Assembly (NCBI GenBank): GCA_045810225.1
Contig: JBJMWI010000028.1
Location: 18,947-82,946 of the forward strand
DNA from: Burkholderiales bacterium
Lineage (GTDB): Bacteria > Pseudomonadota > Gammaproteobacteria > Burkholderiales > JACQAP01
Length of the DNA stretch: 64,000 nucleotides
Direction of reading: 5' to 3'
Numbering within the stretch: the stretch's first letter is position 1; each line of letters starts with the position of its first letter. The notes below the pieces were generated by a model. That model saw only the letters and a program-made list of their open reading frames with translations, searched no databases and had not been told where the DNA came from. A program made the translations under genes and the position numbers. Below, piece by piece: positions 31,186-40,650 of the stretch.

Positions 31186-31475
31186 GCCCCGATTTTTGTA
31201 AAGCGCCACGTCATTACATCACTAGACTTTCTTCACACGTTGAATCGCGCGCAACGGTCGATGCGCAAGCGTTGAGCGCAGCTAAGATTCGCACGAGATA
31301 GTGGGAGGTCGTTACACACTCAGCACATCGGGTCCCTGTAGCTCAGAGACGACAGCCGGTCATCCATGGCTGCGCAAAAATTCACGGTTGTGTCGCCATT
31401 CGCCAACAGATGGATCATCGAATATGACATTGGATACTTGGCGCAGAACGAGAAAACTGCTGGATTGTCTTTTGC

Positions 31476-32873
31476 TTGGTCCTTGCCCTTTCCACGCCGA
31501 TCTCGGAAGCGGCGTATGGGGCAACCAACAGACCACTAGCAAAAAGGGCGAGCGCATATGCATCCGAAAAAACGGACGTTTTCCAAGGTGGGGATACGGT
31601 GGAACTGCTAGACCGGCGCGGCTTTGTGGTCGAACATTTCGCGCCATTCACCGCCGTCGCCATTTCATTGCGCAATTTCGCTGTGCCGCTCTTGCTTTGG
31701 TGGCTCGCGATCTTGCTTGCGGGATACGCCGTTTTTCCGGACTTGCTCAGCGGGTTGAAGGTCCATGGCCCCTATTTCGTGTTCCTGACCGGAATTTGGC
31801 TCAGTCTTGCATTTCGGCAGGGCAGGGCTTTTTTTGTATTGTTGACGCTGGCGTTTGGCTATCTAGCTCATCTACTTCTTAGAGGACAAGGGACGCCGCA
31901 AATAACTGCCGAGGCTGTATATGCAGCGGTGTGTGTTTTCATACCGCTAAACATAGCGGTGTACAGCCTGTTGCGTGACCGCGGCGCACTAAACGCCGCA
32001 GGACTGCGCAGGATGTCGCTGCCTCTTCTCGAGATGGGAGCGATTGCTGCATTCTTGACTTTCGACGCTACGGGTTTAACCGCGGCGCTGTACAGTTCGT
32101 TCTATACGCACGCCGCACTTGCCGGCGTGCATATTCCACAGTTGGGCATTGTCTGCATGATTGCCGCAGTCATTGTCGGGGTAGTGTGCGCGGTTGCACG
32201 TAGATCCGTGATTGATGCCGCCTTCGCGACCGCGGTGACTTTATTTGCGCTTGCTTGCATCGACCCACCACCGGGTGAGGCCTACAGCTGGTTCTGCTCG
32301 ATGGCAGGTGCAATCGTGGCGATAGCGGTAGTGCAGCATTCCTATCGCATGGCGTTTTACGATGAATTGACCGGTTTGGCGGGGCGCCGCGCACTGAACG
32401 AGCGTATGGAGTCGCTGGATAGCCATTTCACCGTGGCAATGATCGACATCGACCACTTCAAATCAGTTAACGACACCTGGGGCCATAAAGTTGGCGACCA
32501 AGTCCTCAAACTGGTGGCAGCGCGGCTGCAACGCGTGCGCGGCGGCGGCAAGGTATATCGCTACGGAGGCGAAGAATTTACCATTCTGTTTCCGGGCAAG
32601 CGCGCAATCAGCTTGAAGTACCAGCTTGAAGCGCTGCGTAAAGACATCGAGACTTACAAGCTTGGGTTGCGTGAAAGCGGCCCTCGCACGGTCGCTCCGG
32701 GCAGCGCCCCGCCCGACGAAGAAGTCCCGAAGTCGATATCAGTCACCATCAGCATAGGCGTTGCAGAACGTACCAATCGCTTCGAGCTAGCGGAGCGGGC
32801 GCTAAAAGTTGCCGATAAGGCGCTCTATCGCGCAAAAACCGAAGGCCGGAACAGAATCGTCGGACCAGGCTAA
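31476..32873 (+). CDS. Polytopic membrane diguanylate cyclase (GGDEF); 5' end unresolved
   Basis: About 8 hydrophobic segments, then a GGDEF domain (D.D.FK.VND.WGH..GD, RYGGEEFTILF, the latter an active-type GGEEF). No in-frame ATG precedes the first TM segment. TTG 31476 is the first possible start (see finding on a possible frameshift). Confidence 0.75.
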   Translation: MVLALSTPISEAAYGATNRPLAKRASAYASEKTDVFQGGDTVELLDRRGFVVEHFAPFTAVAISLRNFAVPLLLWWLAILLAGYAVFPDLLSGLKVHGPYFVFLTGIWLSLAFRQGRAFFVLLTLAFGYLAHLLLRGQGTPQITAEAVYAAVCVFIPLNIAVYSLLRDRGALNAAGLRRMSLPLLEMGAIAAFLTFDATGLTAALYSSFYTHAALAGVHIPQLGIVCMIAAVIVGVVCAVARRSVIDAAFATAVTLFALACIDPPPGEAYSWFCSMAGAIVAIAVVQHSYRMAFYDELTGLAGRRALNERMESLDSHFTVAMIDIDHFKSVNDTWGHKVGDQVLKLVAARLQRVRGGGKVYRYGGEEFTILFPGKRAISLKYQLEALRKDIETYKLGLRESGPRTVAPGSAPPDEEVPKSISVTISIGVAERTNRFELAERALKVADKALYRAKTEGRNRIVGPG

Positions 32874-32983
32874 AGCGCCAAGAAGACCGCGCCCCTTGCT
32901 TAGTCTCACGCCCTCGGCTTGTCGGGCGGCACGCCGTCGACGCGTTACAATCTGGCTTTGATTTAATCATTCGGAGATATTCA

Positions 32984-33460
32984 ATGAAGCGTTTTATCGT
33001 GCTGTGCGCGTTTTTGTTGCCGCTTGCCGCCGGTGCCGGGCTCGAGGAAGGCACGGAAGCTTACTCAACCGGCGACTATGCCAAGGCGCTGGTCGAGTTT
33101 CGGACTCTCGCGGATCAGGGCAATTCGGATGGGCAGTATTTTTTGGGATTCATGTATCACAATGGTTTTGGCGTCAAGCGCGATCAGAGCGAAGCGTTGA
33201 AATGGTTTGAGAAGGCGGCACACCAGGGCGATGCGCGCGCACAGTACTACGTGGGAATCATGTATGCAGCCGGGCAGGGAGTGCAAAAAGACCTGCAGAT
33301 GGCCGATATGTGGCTGACCCTGTCCGCTTCGAATCCGAAAAGCAGCTACCGCGATTCCCTCTATACGAAGGAGGAAATCGGCAAGATCGAAAAGAAAATG
33401 ACGCCGGAACAGATTGCCCAGGCCAAGGAGTCGGTCAAGAACTGGAAGCCGCAGAATTGA
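32984..33460 (+). CDS. Sel1-repeat (SLR/TPR-like) periplasmic protein
   Basis: Signal peptide MKRFIVLCAFLLPLAAGAG. Three SLR units (GNSDGQYFLGFMYHNGFGVKRDQSEALKWFEKAA, GDARAQYYVGIMYAAGQGVQKD...). Confidence 0.85.
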   Translation: MKRFIVLCAFLLPLAAGAGLEEGTEAYSTGDYAKALVEFRTLADQGNSDGQYFLGFMYHNGFGVKRDQSEALKWFEKAAHQGDARAQYYVGIMYAAGQGVQKDLQMADMWLTLSASNPKSSYRDSLYTKEEIGKIEKKMTPEQIAQAKESVKNWKPQN

Positions 33461-33506
33461 CCTTAGTTGGTACCGAAACGCTTGCTACGCCTGCGGGTCG
33501 TATCGC

Positions 33507-33857
33507 TTACTCTGCGCGCAGATAAGCATCGTCTCCATTGATCCAGTCCTCGCGCGGTGGCGTGAACACGTCGTAGGCGACCAGCGTTTCCAGGGCTTCC
33601 GCCGTATGCGGAACGTTTGCCGGGATAAAAATCATTTCGTTGGGCCCGACTTCCACCGTGCGGTTTTCCAGCTTGAAGCGCCAGATGCCACTGGTCACGA
33701 AGGTCACTTGCTGATTGTCGTGCGAATGCAACGGTACGACATAGCCCTTCTCGACCAAGGTCTGGCCGACCATGATTTTGCCGTCCCAGGCCAGTTTGCG
33801 GACGAACTTGTCGTTTAATCTTTCAGCCGGGATCTTGTCCCAATTGATATGTTTCAC
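33507..33857 (-). CDS. Cupin domain protein
   Basis: GTG at 33857 after AAGAGG. Cupin motifs PLHSHDNQQVTFVTSG and MIFIPANVPHTAE. The upstream part of the 204-aa ORF looks non-coding. Confidence 0.65.
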   Translation of the reverse strand: MKHINWDKIPAERLNDKFVRKLAWDGKIMVGQTLVEKGYVVPLHSHDNQQVTFVTSGIWRFKLENRTVEVGPNEMIFIPANVPHTAEALETLVAYDVFTPPREDWINGDDAYLRAE

Positions 33858-33974
33858 GCCGGGCCTCTTTGATACTGAGTGATTGTGTCGAGCATAGCAT
33901 TTTGCGCGGAATACAGACTGTGCCTCGGGCTCCATGGCACATTTATCCAGTGGCGCTGAACACCTCCGGCTCAC

Positions 33975-34988
33975 ATGGAAATCCTGCCTGACCCGCGCCA
34001 TTACGTCGCCTGTTCCCCCAATCCGCTGGTGAGGTTGGCTCGCAGCGGCGCGCCGCCTCGAGAATTGGCGGCGGCACTGCGTCACGCGCTCGGTACGGGG
34101 GACGATCGGATCATCGAGCAAGCCCTTGCAGAATCGAATTCATATTCGGTATTTCGAGCGTTGTCGGACGCTTTGGATGATGCGCTAAAAGCGGCCGATT
34201 CCGTTTTGCATTTTCGCCTGTTTGCCATTCCGATCCTGATGGTGATTGGCGGTCGTGCCCCGGTTGTTGTGCCGGGGGTGGTGCCGGATATCAATGAGGT
34301 AAGTAAGGTGTTCGAATCCAATGGCATCCTCGGCCCGATGAAAAATTTTGGTATTAGTACCAGCCTGGTGTCAGAAGCGGGACTGGCGGCGGTCAAACCA
34401 AGTGTGCTGTACCAACGGCAGCGCGCAAGCTCGCTCGAAAGCTTTTCGCCGTTGGATTTTCCGCCGGAGGAAGTAATCATTGAGCGCAGCGAAGAACAAG
34501 TGTACTTGCGGTTCCTGACCGGAGTGTCCGTTACTTCGGCGGACGCGCCCGGCTTTACTGAAACTGCTGGCGATATCGGGGCTTGGGGCATGTCCTTCAC
34601 CCGGGCGCTGGCAGCGCAGCTCGCGCAGCCAGGTCTGTCGCTCTTGCCCATACCACGCGCTGCTGCCAGTCCGCGTCAGGCGCTGGAAGCTGGAACATTT
34701 GCGCTCTGCGAATTGACTTTGCAATTGTTCCTGAGCAATGCGCTGCGCAAGTTTCGATCGCGCGCAGGTGAACCTGATGCCGCCGTGTTCGCATGCGACG
34801 ATCACAGCGTCCGGGTTCGCTTGAGCTCGCCTTTCGACATCTCCCTGTCCGATGATTTTGTCTGGCGACTGCCGCCCGGCCATGATATGGCACAAGTTAG
34901 CAAGGCCGTTTTCAGCTTGCTGGCTGATTGCCGGGTGGAAAATGTCCAGGTTGGTGAAACCGTGCAATTGGTTTCAGCTTCGCACTGA
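33975..34988 (+). CDS. Hypothetical protein (337 aa, no family recognised)
   Basis: Long ORF divergent from the cupin gene with plausible coding composition. No signal peptide, TM segment or catalytic motif that I recognise. Confidence 0.5.
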   Translation: MEILPDPRHYVACSPNPLVRLARSGAPPRELAAALRHALGTGDDRIIEQALAESNSYSVFRALSDALDDALKAADSVLHFRLFAIPILMVIGGRAPVVVPGVVPDINEVSKVFESNGILGPMKNFGISTSLVSEAGLAAVKPSVLYQRQRASSLESFSPLDFPPEEVIIERSEEQVYLRFLTGVSVTSADAPGFTETAGDIGAWGMSFTRALAAQLAQPGLSLLPIPRAAASPRQALEAGTFALCELTLQLFLSNALRKFRSRAGEPDAAVFACDDHSVRVRLSSPFDISLSDDFVWRLPPGHDMAQVSKAVFSLLADCRVENVQVGETVQLVSASH

Positions 34989-35032
34989 TATTATTACCCG
35001 CAGCTTGAATTCGGCTTGCTGCGCGCTGGATT

Positions 35033-36079
35033 CTACTGGTTCGCGTCCAGAAACAACTGCACCTCCTGGAACAGCTGCAGGCGGTTTTTTTCCATGATGA
35101 CGCTGTGCGTCCCCTCGCCTATTTCCACGTAGCGCTTCGCGGGTGCGTTGTTCAGCAGAGAGAATAATGCTTGCGCCATGTAGGCCGGCGTATCCTGGTC
35201 CCATTCAGCCTTGATCAACATGACCGGTACGCGGATGGCTGCTGGATCGTAGTAAGGTTTGCCGGATGCCCAGTAAGCGCGCACATCTTGAATGACGCCA
35301 TTGGGGGCGCGCAGCCCGCCGTTCCCGGCCTTCGGATCGGTTTGCCAGGTTGCGGCTGCCCACGCCTCAAACCAGCCCTGCGGAATAAGGTCAGCCTGCT
35401 TGTTTTCGGGCACTCCGTTCAGCCAGCGTTTCCTGGCGCTGTCCTTGGTCACGGTGCGATAGGCGCCGAGCGGTCCGTCCCCACCGATCACGCCCGGCGT
35501 TGTACGTAGCCAAAGGGGCGCATACAGCACCAGATGATCGACGTGCTCGTTATGCGCTGCCGTATACGCCGCCACGATTGAAGTTCCCCACGACCAGCCC
35601 AGCAAACTGACTTTAGCTACATTGCGCCGCTTCATGATCGCGTTCACCACGGTTGTCACATCCCGAACTGCCACATCGGTGGTCACGATTGGCGCGTTTG
35701 CTTCGGCCGGCTGCTCCATTTCTGGTGGTCGCGTGGAGCGGCCATAGCCCCGCAAATCCAACAGATAAACATCCCAGCCGTGCGCTGCAATGTAATCCAT
35801 CCATGACATGCCATCGAGCGCAAGGTCGAACGCAGTTGATGCCGGATAAGTCGCGCCGTGCACGTACAGCAGCACCCGAGCCTTCGCGGTCGATTGCGGC
35901 GAACGTTTGTTGCGCACGTACAGCTGGATTCCGGGCGTATCGGATGCAACCGTGAAGTCTTCGGTCACCAATGCCGAAACCCTGGACTTGATATTCGAGT
36001 CGTTGGCGGCTGCCTCCATACCAAAACTGCCGATTGCAACAACAAAGGCTAGAAACGAAACGCGCATGGTCGTGTTCAA
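35033..36079 (-). CDS. Secreted alpha/beta hydrolase
   Basis: Signal peptide (VSFLAFVVAIGSFGMEAAA). Nucleophile elbow GWSWG and HG oxyanion block LYVHGATY. Confidence 0.75.
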   Translation of the reverse strand: MNTTMRVSFLAFVVAIGSFGMEAAANDSNIKSRVSALVTEDFTVASDTPGIQLYVRNKRSPQSTAKARVLLYVHGATYPASTAFDLALDGMSWMDYIAAHGWDVYLLDLRGYGRSTRPPEMEQPAEANAPIVTTDVAVRDVTTVVNAIMKRRNVAKVSLLGWSWGTSIVAAYTAAHNEHVDHLVLYAPLWLRTTPGVIGGDGPLGAYRTVTKDSARKRWLNGVPENKQADLIPQGWFEAWAAATWQTDPKAGNGGLRAPNGVIQDVRAYWASGKPYYDPAAIRVPVMLIKAEWDQDTPAYMAQALFSLLNNAPAKRYVEIGEGTHSVIMEKNRLQLFQEVQLFLDANQ

Positions 36080-36166
36080 TAGAGTCCCTTTCTGGGATCC
36101 ATGGTTGACTCGGCAGCGTCACTTTAACGAAAGCAGTCGCGCACGTCATGTCGTTACAATCTGGAT

Positions 36167-37150
36167 ATGGAAACGGACGCACCCTATGCGCACTTGACCC
36201 CGGATGTGATCTTGAACGCGGTTGATTCGGCCGGATTCCGCTCCGATGGACGTCTGGCGGCGTTGAACAGCTATGAAAACAGGGTGTATCAGGTAGGAAT
36301 AGAGGACGCCATGCCGGTGGTAGCGAAGTTCTACCGTCCGGCACGCTGGAGCGACGCACAGATACTGGAGGAACACGCCTTTGCCGTTGAGCTAGCGCAG
36401 CGTGAAATTCCGGCCGTTGCGCCATTATTCGCTGGTAACGCGACACTGCACCACTTTTCCGGCTTCCGCTTTGCGCTGTACCCGCGTCGCGGAGGTCGCG
36501 CGCCTGAATTGGACGACGCCGATACGTTAGAGTGGATGGGACGGTTCATCGGTCGAATCCACGCGGTAGGAGCCATCGAGCCGTTTGTGCATCGTCCCGC
36601 TGTGGACATTGAGACTTTCGGAGACCAGCCGGGCCGATTCCTGCTCGAAGGCGACTGGGTTCCTGAAAACTTGCACGAACCCTATGCCACCGTACTAGAT
36701 CAGGCACTGAGCGGAGTACGTGACTGTTTCGATCGTGCCGGCGCGGTACAGTCGCTCAGGTTGCACGGCGACTGCCATTCGGGAAATGTTCTGTGGACCG
36801 ACGACGGACCTCACTTCGTCGATTTTGATGACGCGCGCATGGGGCCCGCGATGCAGGACCTGTGGATGCTGTTGTCGGGTGACCGAGCTGCGATGACCAG
36901 ACAACTGTCTGAAGTCCTTTCGGGCTATGAGGACTTCGCGGAACTCGATCGCCGCGAACTCGGCCTAATTGAAGCATTGCGCACTTTGCGCCTGGTCCAC
37001 TACTCGGCTTGGCTGGCACGGCGGTGGCAGGACCCTGCATTCCCGGCAGCGTTTCCTTGGTTCCATACCACGAAATATTGGCAGGACCAGATCCTGCAAC
37101 TGCGAGAGCAGGTGGCTGCAATGCAGGAGCCTTTGCTCGGGCCGTTGTAA
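36167..37150 (+). CDS. srkA: Stress response serine/threonine kinase SrkA (YihE/RdoA family)
   Basis: LNSYENRVYQVG...VVAKFYRP.RWS..QI.EEH.F and LHGDCHSGNVLW..DGPHFVDFDD blocks, colinear with YihE. Confidence 0.85.
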   Translation: METDAPYAHLTPDVILNAVDSAGFRSDGRLAALNSYENRVYQVGIEDAMPVVAKFYRPARWSDAQILEEHAFAVELAQREIPAVAPLFAGNATLHHFSGFRFALYPRRGGRAPELDDADTLEWMGRFIGRIHAVGAIEPFVHRPAVDIETFGDQPGRFLLEGDWVPENLHEPYATVLDQALSGVRDCFDRAGAVQSLRLHGDCHSGNVLWTDDGPHFVDFDDARMGPAMQDLWMLLSGDRAAMTRQLSEVLSGYEDFAELDRRELGLIEALRTLRLVHYSAWLARRWQDPAFPAAFPWFHTTKYWQDQILQLREQVAAMQEPLLGPL

Positions 37151-37277
37151 CGCATCTACAGGCTGGCAATGGTTTCTTGACGCTCCATGACGGAGTCTTT
37201 ACAGTCGATGAGCCGGTTCTTACGCGTTCCATATTTGAGAAATCGGCCTTTGCGTGTGCTCCTGGAAACGAGGCCCA

Positions 37278-38531
37278 ATGATTTATCAGCTGCATGAATT
37301 TCACAAAACGGTGATGGCCCCGGCTGTTGTCTGGGCCGATACTGCGCGCCACCTTTTTACCAATCCGCTGAGCCCGCTGGCTTACACGCCGCTTTCGCGC
37401 ACCATTTCGGCGAACAGTGAAATGTTTGTGCGGCTGTTGCGGCGTTATCCGAAACCCGAATGGGGCATCGATGAAGTCATATCCAATGGGGAGCGCGTGG
37501 CCGTTACACGCGAAGTCGCAATCGACAAGCCGTTCTGTCAGTTGCTGCATTTTCGCAAGTCGCTCGACGTCGAACAGCCCAAGTTACTGATCGTTGCACC
37601 GCTGTCCGGCCACTACGCAACCTTGTTGCGGGATACCGTACGTACAGCGCTGGTCGACCATGATGTCTGGATCACGGACTGGGCGGATGCAAAGATGGTG
37701 CCTCTGGCAGCCGGTCCATTTCATCTGGACGATTATGTCGACTACATTCGCGAATTCATCCGGGTGCTTTCGCCGGAGCTGAATGTGATGTCGGTATGCC
37801 AGCCCACGGTACCCGTGCTCGGAGCGGTATCGCTGATGGCTGCGCAAAACGATCCTGCCGTGCCCAAGGCGATGATCATGATGGGTGGGCCAATCGATAC
37901 GCGCCGCAATCCGACCTCGGTCAACGATTTCGCATCCGGACGGCCGCATTCCTGGTTTTCCGACCGCGTGATCATGAGGGTGCCGGGGAATTACCCGGGA
38001 TTCATGCGCAAGGTCTACCCCGGGTTTCTGCAGCATGCGAGTTTTCTGGCGATGAATCCGGATCGTCACATGGATGCCCACCGGCAATTTTACAATCACC
38101 TGATCCGGGGTGATGGCGACAGTGCCGATGCACACCGCAAGTTCTACGATGAATACAATGCGGTTCTGGACATGCCGGCTGAGTATTACCTGGATACCCT
38201 GAAAGTAGTATTCCAGGAATTCCAGCTGCCGAAGGGAAACTGGTCGGTGCGCGGCGTGCTGGTGCGGCCTGAAACCATCCGCAAGACCGCACTGTTTACC
38301 ATCGAAGGCGAACTGGACGATATTTCCGGCAATGGCCAGACTGAAGCTGCGCAAACACTGGCCCGTAACATTCCTGCGGAAAAGCGCAAACATCTGCTGG
38401 CGAAAGATCTCGGCCATTACGGCATTTTCAGCGGGCGCAAATTCCGCGAAGCGGTCTACCCGCAGATCCGCAATTTCATTCGACTCATGTCCCAACGCGA
38501 CGCGGATGTAAGGCTGGTGAGAATGAGGTAG
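37278..38531 (+). CDS. phaZ: Intracellular polyhydroxyalkanoate depolymerase
   Basis: ATG at 37278 gives MIYQLHEFHK, and the LLIVAPLSGHYATLLRDTV block is typical of the PhaZ (TIGR01849-type) family. Confidence 0.8.
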   Translation: MIYQLHEFHKTVMAPAVVWADTARHLFTNPLSPLAYTPLSRTISANSEMFVRLLRRYPKPEWGIDEVISNGERVAVTREVAIDKPFCQLLHFRKSLDVEQPKLLIVAPLSGHYATLLRDTVRTALVDHDVWITDWADAKMVPLAAGPFHLDDYVDYIREFIRVLSPELNVMSVCQPTVPVLGAVSLMAAQNDPAVPKAMIMMGGPIDTRRNPTSVNDFASGRPHSWFSDRVIMRVPGNYPGFMRKVYPGFLQHASFLAMNPDRHMDAHRQFYNHLIRGDGDSADAHRKFYDEYNAVLDMPAEYYLDTLKVVFQEFQLPKGNWSVRGVLVRPETIRKTALFTIEGELDDISGNGQTEAAQTLARNIPAEKRKHLLAKDLGHYGIFSGRKFREAVYPQIRNFIRLMSQRDADVRLVRMR

Positions 38532-38689
38532 GCTGCGCTGCGTAGTGCGGCTGTGCGCAGCATGGCCGCGCAGCGGGCTATCAGGCGCGTTCACCCGCAT
38601 CCAGTTCTGTCAGAAATACGATAAGTTACCGTGGCGGCGATGACGCCAAGGGACCTATTGTTTGAACGATAAATTATCCGGGAGCAGAC

Positions 38690-39664
38690 ATGGCAAAGGC
38701 GATACGTTTCCACAGGGCTGGCGGCCCGGAAGTTCTCCAACTCGACGACATCGAAGTGGGCGATCCGGCGGACGGGCAAGCGCGGGTTCGCAATACGGCA
38801 ATCGGCCTGAATTTCATTGATACCTATCACCGCTCCGGCCTGTATCCCATGCCTCTCCCGAGCGGGATCGGCCTGGAAGCCGCCGCCGTAGTGGAAGCCG
38901 TCGGCAAAGGCGTGACTCATGTCAAGCCTGGCGATCGCGTCGGTTACGCCGGAGGGCCACCAGGAGCGTACTCACAAGCGCGCCTGATTCCTGCCGATCG
39001 CCTGGTGAAGGTCCCGGAAGGAATTTCAGATAATGAAGTTGCGGCCATGATGCTCAAAGGCCTCACCGTATGGTATTTGCTGCGTCGAACCTATCGGGTA
39101 GAGAAAGGCGAGACGGTTTTATTCCATGCGGCCGCAGGTGGCGTCGGACTCATTGCATGCCAATGGCTGAAAGCGCTCGGCGTCACCGTGATCGGCACGG
39201 TAGGCTCGGACGATAAGGCGCGGATCGCCAAAGCCCACGGTTGCGACCATACCATCGTCTACACCAGGGAAAATTTCGTTGATCGCGTGAAGGAAATTAC
39301 CGGAGGGCGCAAAGTGCCGGTGGTGTACGACTCCGTTGGAAAAGATACCTTCATGGGTTCACTCGACTGCTTGCAGCCGCGCGGCCTGCTGTGCATTTTC
39401 GGCAACGGCTCGGGTCCGGTGTCGGCCTTCGATCTCAATTTGCTTGCCGCTAAAGGTTCCCTGTATGTGACGCGGCCTTCGCTGATGGTTTATACCGCCC
39501 GCCGCCAGGATTTGGAAACGGGCGCGAAAGAACTGTTCGAAGTCGTGAAGTCCGGCAAGGTTAAAATCGAGATCAACCAGACCTACAAGCTGCAGGACGC
39601 TGCGCAGGCCCATCGGGACCTCGAGGCACGCAAGACCACGGGTTCCACTGTACTTCTACCGTAA
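38690..39664 (+). CDS. qor: NADPH:quinone oxidoreductase
   Basis: FH..GGPEVLQ......DP......V.N.AIG.NFIDTY.RSGLYP.P.PSG.G.EAA closely tracks E. coli Qor. Rossmann motif AAAGGVG. Confidence 0.9.
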   Translation: MAKAIRFHRAGGPEVLQLDDIEVGDPADGQARVRNTAIGLNFIDTYHRSGLYPMPLPSGIGLEAAAVVEAVGKGVTHVKPGDRVGYAGGPPGAYSQARLIPADRLVKVPEGISDNEVAAMMLKGLTVWYLLRRTYRVEKGETVLFHAAAGGVGLIACQWLKALGVTVIGTVGSDDKARIAKAHGCDHTIVYTRENFVDRVKEITGGRKVPVVYDSVGKDTFMGSLDCLQPRGLLCIFGNGSGPVSAFDLNLLAAKGSLYVTRPSLMVYTARRQDLETGAKELFEVVKSGKVKIEINQTYKLQDAAQAHRDLEARKTTGSTVLLP

Positions 39665-39751
39665 CGAACGTCGTTGTGACCTAAAACATAACCGTGCAGT
39701 ACGGCCGTAACTATCGTTAACGCCGTACGCGTAGCCTAAGAAAGGGCGGCA

Positions 39752-40519
39752 GTGATCGAAGATCTGAAAAACAAGGTCGTGCTTATTACGGGAGCGAGCA
39801 CCGGCATCGGTGCGGCAGCCGCGATTGCATTCGGAAAGAACGGTGCCAAAGTCGCCGTGCATTACAACAAGAGCAAACCGGAAGCCGAAAAAGTCGCGGC
39901 GCAAATTGAAAAGGCCGGCGGTAAGGCCATGCTGGTCGGTGGGGACGTGACGCAGTCGTCGGTCTGCAGGGAAATAGTCGACAAGGCGGTAGCAGGCTAC
40001 GGTCGCATCGACGTTCTCATCAACAATGCGGGCGGGCTGGTGCAGCGCGCGCCGATAGAAACCATTACCGATCAATTGTTCGACGAAGTCGTGAATCTGA
40101 ATGTGCGTTCGGCAATGATTTGCACCAGCGCTGCTGCGCAGTACATGCGCAAGCAAGGCAGCGGCGGATCGATAATCAATGTGACTTCGGTCGCGGCACG
40201 CCATGGCGGCGGTCCGGGCGCATCGCTTTACGCGGGCTCCAAAGGGTTTGTCAGCACCATCACGCATGGACTGGCGAAGGAACTGGTCAAGGACAAAATT
40301 CGCGTCAACGCAGTCGCACCAGGAGTCATTACGACGCCGTTCCATGATCGCTACTCGACGCCGCAAATGCTCGAGGGCTTCAAAGCCACAATTCCGATGA
40401 ATCGCCTCGGCACCGCGGACGAATGCGCCGGCGCATTCCTGTTTCTGGCTTCGGAGCAACTCAGCGGTTACATGACAGGCCAGATTCTGGAAGTCAACGG
40501 CGGGCAATACATGCCGTGA
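39752..40519 (+). CDS. SDR family oxidoreductase (FabG-like)
   Basis: GTG start. TGASTGIG, NNAG and the YAGSK catalytic motif. Confidence 0.85.
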   Translation: MIEDLKNKVVLITGASTGIGAAAAIAFGKNGAKVAVHYNKSKPEAEKVAAQIEKAGGKAMLVGGDVTQSSVCREIVDKAVAGYGRIDVLINNAGGLVQRAPIETITDQLFDEVVNLNVRSAMICTSAAAQYMRKQGSGGSIINVTSVAARHGGGPGASLYAGSKGFVSTITHGLAKELVKDKIRVNAVAPGVITTPFHDRYSTPQMLEGFKATIPMNRLGTADECAGAFLFLASEQLSGYMTGQILEVNGGQYMP

Positions 40520-40650
40520 GCTGTAGCGCAGTGACTTGCGTGCCGTACATAAAGCGTGATGAAGTACAAAAAAAGATGGAGAACTTCTATCGCGTGTGTC
40601 ACATCTTCACTGCATAAAAGCGATAACAACAAGATTGGGGAGGAGGCGCG

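Noticed and set aside
31327-31400. tRNA-like string GGGTCCCTGTAGCTCAGAG in the long zwf-DGC intergenic region
   Set aside because: Only the TAGCTCAG D-loop-like octamer is present. There is no complementary 3' acceptor arm (GGGACCC), no GTTCGAATC-type T-loop and no foldable cloverleaf, so it is not a tRNA.
38532-38561. GC-rich hairpin GCTGCGC...GCGCAGC just after phaZ as a terminator
   Set aside because: No U-tract follows, and similar GCGCAGC strings recur nearby. It could be a REP-like or Rho-dependent feature, but I cannot support a terminator call.
37584-38600. Long antisense or out-of-frame ORFs opposite well-supported genes (for example 37584-38600 minus, 48850-50190 plus, 24633-25694 minus, 39656-40507 minus, 43316-43912 minus)
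   Set aside because: These are typical shadow ORFs of GC-rich DNA. They are Arg/Ala/Gly/His-rich and lack motifs. Each is fully overlapped by an ORF with clear family signatures on the other strand or frame.
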